Position numbers and translations under genes: made by a program | Notes under the pieces: generated by a model | Database searches by the model: none | What the model was told of the DNA's origin: nothing | What the model saw: the letters and a program-made list of their open reading frames with translations, nothing else | In this document: one piece after another, positions 1-8,238 of the stretch | How the letters are laid out: the number at the start of each line of letters is the position of its first letter | Numbering within the stretch: the first letter of the stretch is position 1 | Source: Pseudomonadota bacterium | GTDB taxonomy: Bacteria > Pseudomonadota > Gammaproteobacteria > Acidiferrobacterales > Sulfurifustaceae | Reading direction: 5' to 3' | NCBI GenBank assembly: GCA_020354085.1 | Contig: CP070641.1 | Location: forward strand, 1,486,384-1,529,901 | DNA: 43,518 nt

Positions 1-89
1 CTGGGGAACTCGGCACAAGTGCCTACGAATTCCTCGTCTTCTTCCGACCACATTACTCGGTATGTATATTTGTCTATATCAAGAACCAT
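1..89 (-). CDS. hicB: HicB-family antitoxin, N-terminal fragment (continues beyond window edge)
   Basis: Not in ORF track because no stop lies in the window. The reverse strand from ATG at 89..87 reads MVLDIDKYTYRVMWSEEDEEFVGTCAEFP. The YxYRVxWSEEDxEFVGxCAEFP opening is typical of HicB antitoxins as I remember them. The start overlaps the hicA stop (79..81) by 11 nt, giving the usual hicA-then-hicB order. Confidence 0.6.
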   Translation of the reverse strand, partial: MVLDIDKYTYRVMWSEEDEEFVGTCAEFP

Positions 90-333
90 CGCCTACCTCT
101 AACTTCTCGATGGCAAGTAACACTTGCCTAACCTGGTATGGCTTAGCTTTTCCCTTTTGACCCTGGATGTTTACTCTCGGATCACCAGGCCAAGGCGTTT
201 TGAATATGCAATGACTTGTGCCTTGTTGCCGCGGTGGGCCAAAGTAGTGTTCACAGACTTTTTTGAGATCAGAGAATCGTATCCCCTTGGGATTGGATCT
301 CATATCCTTCAAGATCTTGGCTACGCCACTCAT
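79..333 (-). CDS. hicA: HicA-family mRNA interferase toxin
   Basis: 84 aa. The pattern ...RFSDLKKVCEHYFG...QGTSHCIFKTPW...PRVNIQG.KGKAKPYQVRQVLLAIEKL matches the HicA (YcfA-like) fold, with the G-[ST]-H catalytic His. It is followed by an overlapping hicB-like gene. Confidence 0.75.
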   Translation of the reverse strand: MSGVAKILKDMRSNPKGIRFSDLKKVCEHYFGPPRQQGTSHCIFKTPWPGDPRVNIQGQKGKAKPYQVRQVLLAIEKLEVGDGS

Positions 334-339
334 TTAGTA

Positions 340-361
340 ATAGTATCACTATTGATACTAT
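340..361. promoter_or_regulatory. Inverted repeat ATAGTATCA-N4-TGATACTAT just upstream of hicA (candidate operator)
   Basis: Perfect 9-bp arms (340..348 / 353..361) in an AT-rich stretch, 7 nt upstream of the hicA start codon at 333. TA operons are normally autoregulated through palindromic operators. Confidence 0.35.
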
Positions 362-548
362 AGTCAAGATCCTGAAATGCACATAACGCTGCGCATCAGC
401 GGCCAGACAATTCGCGTAGCGAACTGGATGGTCCGACTGCATGGGCTTGTTAGCTGATCAAGCCTGCTAAGTGGATCATTCAGCTTTGGTCCAGCACATA
501 TTGCCATGCGCTGACAGGAGGCGCTCGGATTATTGCAACCTATGCCTG

Positions 549-2102
549 TTAGGGGGCAATACAACTGAAGCTCGACGCATCGCGTGTATCCCCTTTGCCG
601 TCATATCTGGCGACTTCAGGATAGGCGCAAACCGGTCTTGAGCCAGTGGGTTGCATTTTTTGATTAAGCCAATACGCAGTAACTTTGTCGGGCGCCTCGC
701 CAGACTGTACCCACTTGTCGATCTCGGTCAGATAATTCACAAATGATGGTCCAGGACCGCCAAAGCAATGCTCTACGCCGGGCATCATAAACAGACGGGT
801 ATCTTTAGCCGCAGACTTATCGTATGCCAGGACATTTTCATAATATCCCACCATCGCCAGTCCAGATTGGGCATTGTCCGACCAGCCCGAGTAAAGAATC
901 ATCTTACCACCACGCTTGCGGAATGCCGATAAATCCGGATTGGTGGCATTCAATATTTCCGCAGCTCGCTTCGAATCTTTTTGGAACGTATCATAGTCGT
1001 GATTTTCATACGTCCAGTCCGGATCATTGTAAACAAAGTACCTCATGATCCCATTGCCGAAGCCGTAAAAAGCACTCGGTGAAACCGGCGCCTGGAAATC
1101 GCCGGTTTCCACGCCACCCTGGAACTCATTCATGTCGTCCTGGTATTTCAGGCCACCGGTCAACCAGCGCGACCAACCACCAGCTGATGTTTCGCCTCCA
1201 AAGGGGAAACCGTAATACAACGATTTGCCTGCCGAGTCTTTGGGGCCATCATAGACAACCTTGACGGCCTTCAGCTGTTGCTTGCTGAGACATTTGTCGG
1301 TTTTTTCACCTTTGCATAACAAAGTCGTCACATCGAACTTGCATTGCCGGGGATCATTGAGGATGCCGTCTTCGATTCCATCCTGCGAATCGCACATGGC
1401 AAGATACGACGACTCAATCAGTTCCTGCTCCCTGGGTCCAACCACTGCCTCCTGCAGATTATTGGGATCCGGATACATGGCCTGGTTGATCTGGCTTGCC
1501 TGCACAGCAATGCGAGTCCAGTCAATGGCATAAGCACCCGCAACAACGCCGTCAAAATCGTCGGGGTAACGTAGCGCCGACACGATGGCCTGACCACCAC
1601 CGCGAGAACAGCCAGTAAAGTAACTGTGGACAATGTCGTTCTTATAGTAGGCCTTAATTAATGCCTTGGCCGTGACTGCTGTCTGATGCACCGCCCGGTG
1701 GCCAAAGTCGATCAGGCGTTTCGGATTATCCAGCGCCCAGCTGGCATCCAGGGGATGTGCCTGATGGCCGGTGTCGGTGCCGACCGTGGCGTAACCGGAT
1801 TGCAGAGAGCTAAACATCAGTGACGTATTCATTACCGAACCAACGAAACCACCTCCACCGCCCATGACGAACCTGCCGTTCCATTTTTTGGGCAGGAGTA
1901 ATTCGAAATGGGTTTCCGGTCCAATTACTCCGGCAACTTTGCAGTGTGGCGCTGGTGCGGCTTCCTGGGTTACCGCGCTAATAGCTACATCCGGTAACGG
2001 AGGAAATGATTCTGTCTTGCATTCTGGCTGAGCCTGAAGCGATGAATGAAACAGCACAAGCCCAAGTAGTGTTGTAGTAATCAGAAAAATTGGTTTCCGC
2101 AT
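549..2102 (-). CDS. Secreted tannase/feruloyl esterase family alpha/beta hydrolase
   Basis: Start chosen at MRKPIFLITTTLLGLVLFHSSLQAQP (signal peptide) with AAGGAG upstream. It has the nucleophile elbow FTGCSRGGGQA, many conserved Cys residues and a length of ~517 aa, typical of the tannase/feruloyl esterase family. GC is lower than in the rest of the window. Confidence 0.85.
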   Translation of the reverse strand: MRKPIFLITTTLLGLVLFHSSLQAQPECKTESFPPLPDVAISAVTQEAAPAPHCKVAGVIGPETHFELLLPKKWNGRFVMGGGGGFVGSVMNTSLMFSSLQSGYATVGTDTGHQAHPLDASWALDNPKRLIDFGHRAVHQTAVTAKALIKAYYKNDIVHSYFTGCSRGGGQAIVSALRYPDDFDGVVAGAYAIDWTRIAVQASQINQAMYPDPNNLQEAVVGPREQELIESSYLAMCDSQDGIEDGILNDPRQCKFDVTTLLCKGEKTDKCLSKQQLKAVKVVYDGPKDSAGKSLYYGFPFGGETSAGGWSRWLTGGLKYQDDMNEFQGGVETGDFQAPVSPSAFYGFGNGIMRYFVYNDPDWTYENHDYDTFQKDSKRAAEILNATNPDLSAFRKRGGKMILYSGWSDNAQSGLAMVGYYENVLAYDKSAAKDTRLFMMPGVEHCFGGPGPSFVNYLTEIDKWVQSGEAPDKVTAYWLNQKMQPTGSRPVCAYPEVARYDGKGDTRDASSFSCIAP

Positions 2103-2150
2103 CTCTTGATTGTCTCCTTGATTGGGGCAGCTAACTATTAATTGGACGGC

Positions 2151-2217
2151 ATGGAAACCGGTAGTAACCGTTGCCATTAATAGCAACTGGATTCCAGTAG
2201 TGGCATCCGGTTTCCAT
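2151..2217. repeat. 11-bp inverted repeat ATGGAAACCGG ... CCGGTTTCCAT with 45-nt spacer at the GC-content junction
   Basis: The arms at 2151..2161 and 2207..2217 are exact reverse complements. The spacer holds a second small stem (GTTGC/GCAAC) and ATTAAT-type palindromes. The repeat lies between the tannase start and the stop of the 2228..2590 gene. Confidence 0.5.
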
Positions 2218-2227
2218 ATCTAGCAAC

Positions 2228-2590
2228 CTAGCGCTTGGCGATGCGATGCTCAAGCTGGAGCGCGCGGACCTTGTCGAGGGGCAGGCGCCAAAGCTTCTCG
2301 TTGGCCGACCACTGGCCACCGGCGGCACGGACTTTCTCCCGCAGGGCGCGTTCACGATAGAAGATGCGCACGCCAACGCGACGTGGACCACGCTCCACGG
2401 GGATCGCGGGCACAATAGGCGGAGGCGGCTGCCGCCAAGACATTTCCTCGATGATCAACTCGACCGTCTTGTAGCGCTTGGCAGTCTCGGAGTCGTAGCG
2501 ATATCGCACACAGACAAGCTGCCTTCCATATCGCTCGACAAGTCGCTGCGTCCCCTTCTGCCCCGGGCGGCGAACGGCTAACACATTCAT
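2228..2590 (-). CDS. Small basic hypothetical protein (C-terminal DUF5710-like motif, tentative)
   Basis: 120 aa, with a strong RBS (GAGGGAG) 5-6 nt before the ATG and high-GC codon usage. The N-terminal part LVCVRYRYD....KRYKTVELIIEE and the C-terminal part AAGGQWSANEKLWRLPLDKV resemble a small conserved family. The G-A/G-x-W-x(3)-K-x-W motif recalls DUF5710-type domains. Function unknown. Confidence 0.6.
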   Translation of the reverse strand: MNVLAVRRPGQKGTQRLVERYGRQLVCVRYRYDSETAKRYKTVELIIEEMSWRQPPPPIVPAIPVERGPRRVGVRIFYRERALREKVRAAGGQWSANEKLWRLPLDKVRALQLEHRIAKR

Positions 2591-2733
2591 GGCGCTCCCT
2601 CGCTCTTTGATGTTCCCTGAGAGCAGCTTACGCCCGCGCTCTCGCCTTGAGCAACATGCGCGCGTAGTAGCGCCTTGTCGCCCCTCTCCAATGCCCGTAA
2701 ATTTGACGAAACAGCGATTGGCCCGGAGGCCCG

Positions 2734-3816
2734 ATGCGCAGTTTCCAATGCACGTGCGGCAACACCGTGTACTTCGAGAACTCGCAGTGCGTGGTCTGCC
2801 AGCGCGCGCTGGGTTTTCTGCCGGGACGCCAAGTGATGAGCGCCATCGAGCCCAATGCCGACGGCACGCACCGTGCCTTGGCTGACGGCATGAACTACCG
2901 CCAGTGCCAGCACTACGCGAAAGAAAACGTATGCAACTGGATGGTCGCGCCCGATGACCCGAACGCGTACTGCCAGGCCTGCCGGCTCAACCAGATGATT
3001 CCGAATCTGTCCGAACCGCGTAACCGCGTGCTGTGGATGCGCATCGAGCGCGCCAAGCGGCGCTTGCTCTACACGCTCTACTCGCTCGGCCTGCCCGTGA
3101 TCGGGCGCGATGCCGATCCGGTTAACGGGCTCGCGTTCGAGTTTCTGGCCGACATGACAGACGGCTCGGAATTCACCGATATCTCCGGCGCGCAGCGCGT
3201 ACTCACCGGCCATCGCGGCGGGCTGATCACCATTAATATAGAAGAGGCCGACCCGAGTTCGCGCGAAAGCGTGCGCGAGCAGATGGGCGAGCAGTACCGC
3301 ACCCTGCTCGGCCATTTCCGGCACGAGGTGGCGCACCTGTACTGGGATCGCCTCGTGCGGGGCGCGCACTGGCACGAGCCGTTTCGCGAGCTGTTCGGCG
3401 ACGAACGCACCGATTACGACGTGGCGTTGAGCGCCTACTACGCGCAAGGCGCGCGCGCCGATTGGCAAGAGTCGTTCGTGAGTGCGTATGCCACCGCGCA
3501 TCCATGGGAGGATTGGGCGGAGACGTGGGCGCATTACCTTCACATGGTCGACACCCTCGACACCGCGCACGATTTCGGCTTCGCGCTGCAAGGCGCGGCG
3601 GTGCGCGCCCCGGAGGCAGCGTTCGCGCACGCCGCGGCGCAGACAACGCGCGTGGGGTTCGATGAATTACTTGCCGATTGGGTGCGGTTGACGCTCGCAC
3701 TCAACGCGCTCAACCGTTCGATGGGGCTGCGCGATGCCTACCCCTTTGCGCACTCCCCGCACACGGTGGAGAAGCTACGCTTCGTGCACCGCGTGATCAT
3801 GGGCGTAGCGGCCTAG
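2734..3816 (+). CDS. Zinc-ribbon domain + putative zinc metallopeptidase (zincin, HExxH)
   Basis: 360 aa, with GGAGG RBS. The N-terminal Zn ribbon is FQCTCGNTVYFENSQCVVCQ, and HEVAH lies in GHFRHEVAHLYWD. The architecture matches the zinc-ribbon/metallopeptidase family often found next to cpATP-grasp/alpha-E genes. Confidence 0.8.
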   Translation: MRSFQCTCGNTVYFENSQCVVCQRALGFLPGRQVMSAIEPNADGTHRALADGMNYRQCQHYAKENVCNWMVAPDDPNAYCQACRLNQMIPNLSEPRNRVLWMRIERAKRRLLYTLYSLGLPVIGRDADPVNGLAFEFLADMTDGSEFTDISGAQRVLTGHRGGLITINIEEADPSSRESVREQMGEQYRTLLGHFRHEVAHLYWDRLVRGAHWHEPFRELFGDERTDYDVALSAYYAQGARADWQESFVSAYATAHPWEDWAETWAHYLHMVDTLDTAHDFGFALQGAAVRAPEAAFAHAAAQTTRVGFDELLADWVRLTLALNALNRSMGLRDAYPFAHSPHTVEKLRFVHRVIMGVAA

Positions 3817-3820
3817 GCTG

Positions 3821-4555
3821 CTATTTTTCCCAGTCGAAGCGCGGCAGTCTATCGAAGGCCCGCCGCAGGCCCTCGTTCCAGCGCTTCTGCATCTCGCGAA
3901 ACATTGGCGTTTCGTAATCGAGCGTGACGTTGCGACGTAGCTCGAGCTCGTCACGCTGATAGATCGCCACTTCCACCGGCGGGCCGACCGAGATGTTTGC
4001 GCGCATGGTGGAGTCGATCGACACCAGGGCGCAGCGCGCGGCGTCTTCGAGCGAGGTGTTGGGGCGAATGATGCGATCGAGAATCGGCTTGCCGTACTTG
4101 GTCTCGCCGACTTGCAGGTACGGCTTGTCGTTCGAGGCCGAGATGTAATTGCCCTGCGGGTAGATCATATAGATATTCGGGTCTCGCCCGTGGATCTGTC
4201 CGCCCAGGATAAAGCTCGCCTCGGGGCTGATCTTGTCCTCCTTGAGCGGCTCGCGGTACTCGGCCTGCACCCGCTGGCTGATTTGCCCGATGTAGTGCGC
4301 GGCATCGAATAGGTAGTGAAAGGTATTCAAACTCTCCGGCGCCGAGGGGTCTTCGAGATCGCGCTGGATGGCGTTGAGCACCGCCTGCGTGGTGGCGAGG
4401 TTGCCGGAGGCAAGCAGCACAATCAGTCGCTCGCCGGACACGCCGAAGACGTGCATCTTGCGGTACGTGGAGATGTAGTCGACACCTGCGTTGGTGCGCG
4501 AATCGGCGGCGAACACCAAACCGGCGTCGACCTTGATGGCCAGGCAATACGTCAT
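3821..4555 (-). CDS. Anbu-type proteasome-like Ntn-hydrolase (peptidase T1 family, ancestral beta subunit)
   Basis: Start chosen at [24 protein letters not shown], where Thr immediately after Met is the expected N-terminal nucleophile. At 244 aa it has the typical Anbu length. It is divergent from the cpATP-grasp gene. Confidence 0.85.
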   Translation of the reverse strand: MTYCLAIKVDAGLVFAADSRTNAGVDYISTYRKMHVFGVSGERLIVLLASGNLATTQAVLNAIQRDLEDPSAPESLNTFHYLFDAAHYIGQISQRVQAEYREPLKEDKISPEASFILGGQIHGRDPNIYMIYPQGNYISASNDKPYLQVGETKYGKPILDRIIRPNTSLEDAARCALVSIDSTMRANISVGPPVEVAIYQRDELELRRNVTLDYETPMFREMQKRWNEGLRRAFDRLPRFDWEK

Positions 4556-4670
4556 GCGCTCAATGATAGTCGCTTTTTGGGCGCGGCACTCTAGCACAAA
4601 CGCTCGGTGTTTTTGCCTTGCGCACGGATTGCTGGTATTACTGGACAGGCAAGAGCAACGACAACAACAC

Positions 4671-6125
4671 ATGGCAATTCGCTGGGGAAGCTACAAGGTC
4701 AAAGGCTACTATGACGAGCTGATTCGCGCGGCCGGCAAGCCGCGCCCGGCGGCCGCGCATGTGTGCGACTATCTGCGCACGCTCACAGACCGCGAAATCG
4801 ACGAGCGCCGCCAGGCGGCCGACGTCGCCATGCGCGTGATGGGCGTGACCTTCACCGTCTATTCCGAGGAAGGCGGCTCGATCGACCGCGCCTGGCCATT
4901 CGACATCATTCCGCGCGTCATCCCGGGCGAGGAGTGGCAGCGGGTCGAGGCCGGACTCAGGCAGCGGGTCAAGGCGCTCAACCTTTTCATCGATGATCTG
5001 TATCACGAGCAGAAGATCGTCAAGGACGGTGTCTTCCCGCGCGAGATCCTGGCCAGCTCCAAGAACTACCGCCCGCAGTGCGAGGGCGTGAGCCCACCGC
5101 GCGGGGTTTGGGCGCACATCTGCGGCTCGGACCTGATACGCGACAAGGACGGCACCATCTACGTGCTGGAGGACAACTTGCGCGTGCCGTCGGGCGTGTC
5201 CTACATGCTCGAGAACCGACTGGTGATGAAGCGCGTGTTCCCCGAGTTGTTCGAAGAACACAGCATCCGCCCGGTCGACGACTACCCTTCCCAGCTCTAC
5301 GACATGCTCTGCTCGGTGGCGCCACGCAGCGTGGCGCGGCCGGAGGTTGTGGTGCTGACTCCCGGCATTTACAACTCGGCCTACTTCGAGCACGCGTATC
5401 TTGCGCAGCAAATGGGCGCGGAGCTGGTCGAGGGCCGCGACCTCGTGGTCGAGAGCGACGATTGCGTGTACATGCGTACGGTCGAGGGGCTCACGCGCGT
5501 CGATGTCATTTATCGCCGCATCGATGACTTGTTCCTCGACCCCGAGGCGTTCAACCCCGACTCGCAGCTTGGCGTGCGGGGGCTGATGCGCGCCTGGAAG
5601 GCCGGCAAGGTCACGCTGGCCAACGCGCCCGGCGCCGGCGTGGCTGACGACAAGGTGGTGTACGCCTACGTACCGAAGGCAATCAAGTATTACCTGGGTG
5701 AAGAACCGCTGCTGCAGAACGTTCCGACCTATCTGTGCACCGACGCCAAGGAGCGCGAGCATGTCCTCGCCAATTTGGACAAGCTGGTGGTGAAACCGGC
5801 CAACGAGTCTGGCGGCTACGGCATGCTGATCGGGCCGCACGCAAGCGCCAAGGAGCGCGAGGAATTCGCCAGACTCATCCGCAAAGACCCGCGCAACTAC
5901 ATCGCGCAGCCGCTGGTGACGCTGTCGACCACGCCCACCTTGGTCGAGACGCACGTTGAGCCGCGCCACGTCGATCTGCGTCCGTTCATCCTCTCGGGCG
6001 AGTCGACTTACGTGACGACCGGGGGTCTGACGCGCGTCGCGTTGCGCAAGGGCTCGACGGTGGTCAACTCCTCGCAGGGCGGCGGCAGCAAGGATACCTG
6101 GATCGTGGACGAGGGGAGCCCTTGA
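4671..6125 (+). CDS. Circularly permuted ATP-grasp type 2 protein (COG2308-like amidoligase)
   Basis: 484 aa from [18 protein letters not shown]. The conserved blocks [49 protein letters not shown] and [19 protein letters not shown] are characteristic of this family. Confidence 0.9.
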   Translation: MAIRWGSYKVKGYYDELIRAAGKPRPAAAHVCDYLRTLTDREIDERRQAADVAMRVMGVTFTVYSEEGGSIDRAWPFDIIPRVIPGEEWQRVEAGLRQRVKALNLFIDDLYHEQKIVKDGVFPREILASSKNYRPQCEGVSPPRGVWAHICGSDLIRDKDGTIYVLEDNLRVPSGVSYMLENRLVMKRVFPELFEEHSIRPVDDYPSQLYDMLCSVAPRSVARPEVVVLTPGIYNSAYFEHAYLAQQMGAELVEGRDLVVESDDCVYMRTVEGLTRVDVIYRRIDDLFLDPEAFNPDSQLGVRGLMRAWKAGKVTLANAPGAGVADDKVVYAYVPKAIKYYLGEEPLLQNVPTYLCTDAKEREHVLANLDKLVVKPANESGGYGMLIGPHASAKEREEFARLIRKDPRNYIAQPLVTLSTTPTLVETHVEPRHVDLRPFILSGESTYVTTGGLTRVALRKGSTVVNSSQGGGSKDTWIVDEGSP

Positions 6126-7090
6126 TGCTGTCGCGGGTCGCGGAGAACCTCTACTGGGCGGCGCGTTACCTGGAGCGCTCCGAGAACACGGCGCGCATGA
6201 TCAACGTCAACGCCAACCTGTTGCTCGATTTGCCGCGCAACGTGCGGCCCGGGTGGGCGCCGTTGGTCGATATTTCCGGCAATCACGAGCTGTTTCGCCA
6301 GCAATACACCGACTCCGACGAACGCTCGGTGCTCAAGTTCATGGTGGGCGATACCGCCAACCCCAGCTCGATTCTGACCTCGCTAGCGCGCACCCGCGAG
6401 AACGCGCGCACTGTGCGTGACTATATTCCGCGCGAGGCCTGGGAGCAGATCAACGAGCTGCACTTCTTCGCCAAGAGCAATCTCACCAGCGTGCTCGGGC
6501 AGAAGCGCCGCTATGAATATCTGCGCGGGATTATCCTGGGCGTGCAACAGATCACGGGGCTGCTGGCCGGCACCATGTCACAGGACGAGGGTTACCAGTT
6601 TCTGCGCATGGGCCGCAATCTGGAGCGCGCCGACATGACCGCGCGCATCATCGACGTGCGCTCGGCCAATCTGCTGCCCGACAGCAGCCCGGAGCTCACG
6701 CCTTTCCAGAACATCCAATGGATGAGCGTGCTCAAATCGCTTTCGGGTTATCAGATGTACCGGCGCAGCGTGCAGACGCGCATCGCGCGGCCGGAGGTGC
6801 TGCGATTTCTGTTCAAGGAGCGGCTGTTCCCGCGCGCCTTCTATCACTGCGTGGCCGAGGTCGGCAGCTGCATGCGCTCGCTCCCTCGCCACGAAGCGGC
6901 GCTGGCGCACGTCGAACGCCTGCAAAACATCGTAATCGAGTCCGAGCCGGAGAACATGAAGCAAGCGAGCCTGCACGAGTTCATCGACGTGCTGGAGCTG
7001 GGGCTCATCGACATCAACGCCGCGATCAGTCAGACGTACTTCCTCGCCGCCGAGGCCGCGCCACCGGAGCAAAAGGCGCAACAGGCTTAG
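6125..7090 (+). CDS. Alpha-E domain protein (COG2307-like)
   Basis: The N-terminus [28 protein letters not shown] is the signature opening of alpha-E proteins. The ATG overlaps the ATP-grasp stop (TGATG), implying translational coupling. Confidence 0.9.
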   Translation: MLSRVAENLYWAARYLERSENTARMINVNANLLLDLPRNVRPGWAPLVDISGNHELFRQQYTDSDERSVLKFMVGDTANPSSILTSLARTRENARTVRDYIPREAWEQINELHFFAKSNLTSVLGQKRRYEYLRGIILGVQQITGLLAGTMSQDEGYQFLRMGRNLERADMTARIIDVRSANLLPDSSPELTPFQNIQWMSVLKSLSGYQMYRRSVQTRIARPEVLRFLFKERLFPRAFYHCVAEVGSCMRSLPRHEAALAHVERLQNIVIESEPENMKQASLHEFIDVLELGLIDINAAISQTYFLAAEAAPPEQKAQQA

Positions 7091-7101
7091 TGCGCGCGGC
7101 G

Positions 7102-7434
7102 TTACGTCAACGACGCCGAGTCGAACACTATTACGATATCGTGAATCGCGCTGTCTCGCGTCTTGAACAGTTGCGCGATGACAAGTGGTGCGCCGGGTTT
7201 CCGGTACTCCCAAAAAACCGCCACGGCGTCATCGTCCTCCACCGCACTCATGACACGATACGCGCACGTCACGGGCGGATCGTCCTGCAGGCTTTCGAGG
7301 TAGGCCGCCCGTGAGTCAAATTGACGCAGCGGCCCCGCAAATCGCAGGTCGGGCGCCAATAATGTCGCGAGGCGCTTGATGTCGCCTGCGCAAAACGCGT
7401 CGATATACGCCTCGGCCAGCGCGCGTGGTTTCAT
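7102..7434 (-). CDS. SnoaL-like / NTF2-fold protein
   Basis: 110 aa. The pattern AEAYIDAFCAGDIKRLATLLAPDLRFAGPL... is typical of SnoaL-like polyketide cyclase / NTF2 superfamily small proteins. Confidence 0.55.
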   Translation of the reverse strand: MKPRALAEAYIDAFCAGDIKRLATLLAPDLRFAGPLRQFDSRAAYLESLQDDPPVTCAYRVMSAVEDDDAVAVFWEYRKPGAPLVIAQLFKTRDSAIHDIVIVFDSASLT

Positions 7435-7515
7435 GGCGGCGGTTCGGACGTTACCGCATCACGCGTGACCGTCTGCGCACGGCTTGTGCTTCGCGAACCG
7501 GCGCGCAATGTCTTG

Positions 7516-8223
7516 TCAGCCCACGGCACCTGCACCCCTTTTCTCGTCATCCACGATCCGACCGTCATGCAGCTTGATGAGGCGACGCGAGAAATCCATC
7601 ACCAGCCTGTCGTGCGTGGAGAAGATGAAGGTCACGTGGTGCTCCTTGTTCATGTGCACCAGGAGCTGCATCAGATTTTCGGCAGTCTTGGAGTCGAGAT
7701 TGGCGGTTGGTTCGTCAGCCAGCACCAGCGACGGCTCCGAGACTATGGCGCGCGCCACCGCCACGCGCTGCTGCTGCCCACCGGACAGCTCGCCCGGCCG
7801 CCGACCCTCCAGGCCTTCGAGGCCGACCTCTTGCAGAATCTCGCGCGCCTTGGCGCCGCGTTCCGCCGGAGAGCGACCCTGCAACTGCATGACGAACTCG
7901 ACATTTTCTCGCGCGGTTAGCACCGGAATCAGATTGTATGCCTGGAAGACGAAACCGATCTTGTGCAACCGCAACCGCGCAAGACCCCCCTTGCCGAGTT
8001 GATCGACGCGTTCGCCAGCGACTGTGATCTCGCCCGTGGTCGGCTTGTCCAAACCACCGATGAGGTTGAGCAGCGTGCTCTTGCCCGAACCCGAGGGGCC
8101 GGAGAGACAGAGAAAATCCTTGCGCGGGATTTCGAGGTTGATGTCCGTGAGCGCCTGCACCGCCACCGCGTTCTGGCGGTAGACCTTGCTCACGTTGCGG
8201 AGTATTACAGTGTGTTCCGTCAT
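7516..8223 (-). CDS. ABC transporter ATP-binding protein (LolD/MacB/FtsE-like)
   Basis: Walker A GPSGSGKST, signature LSGGQQQRVAVARA, Walker B LVLADEPT and H-loop STHD. It is the last gene of a four-gene operon. Confidence 0.9.
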   Translation of the reverse strand: MTEHTVILRNVSKVYRQNAVAVQALTDINLEIPRKDFLCLSGPSGSGKSTLLNLIGGLDKPTTGEITVAGERVDQLGKGGLARLRLHKIGFVFQAYNLIPVLTARENVEFVMQLQGRSPAERGAKAREILQEVGLEGLEGRRPGELSGGQQQRVAVARAIVSEPSLVLADEPTANLDSKTAENLMQLLVHMNKEHHVTFIFSTHDRLVMDFSRRLIKLHDGRIVDDEKRGAGAVG

Positions 8224-8238
8224 GTGTTTACCATCCGC

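Noticed and set aside
364-564. 66-aa ORF between hicA and the tannase gene.
   Set aside because: It has no RBS and a Cys/Ser/Pro-rich sequence with no family resemblance, and it overlaps the tannase stop. It is most likely non-coding spacer.
2587-3630. Long antisense or alternative-frame ORFs opposite real genes. Examples: 2587..3630(-) 347 aa, 4638..5969(-) 443 aa, 11887..12750(+) 287 aa, 12739..13425(-), 15431..16252(-) 273 aa, 22158..23213(+) 351 aa, 25391..26170(-), 36588..37427(-), 41436..42416(+) 326 aa.
   Set aside because: They are typical shadow ORFs of a high-GC genome. Their compositions are Arg/Ala/Gly/His-rich, they have no recognisable motifs or RBS, and each fully overlaps a gene with clear family signatures on the other strand or in another frame.
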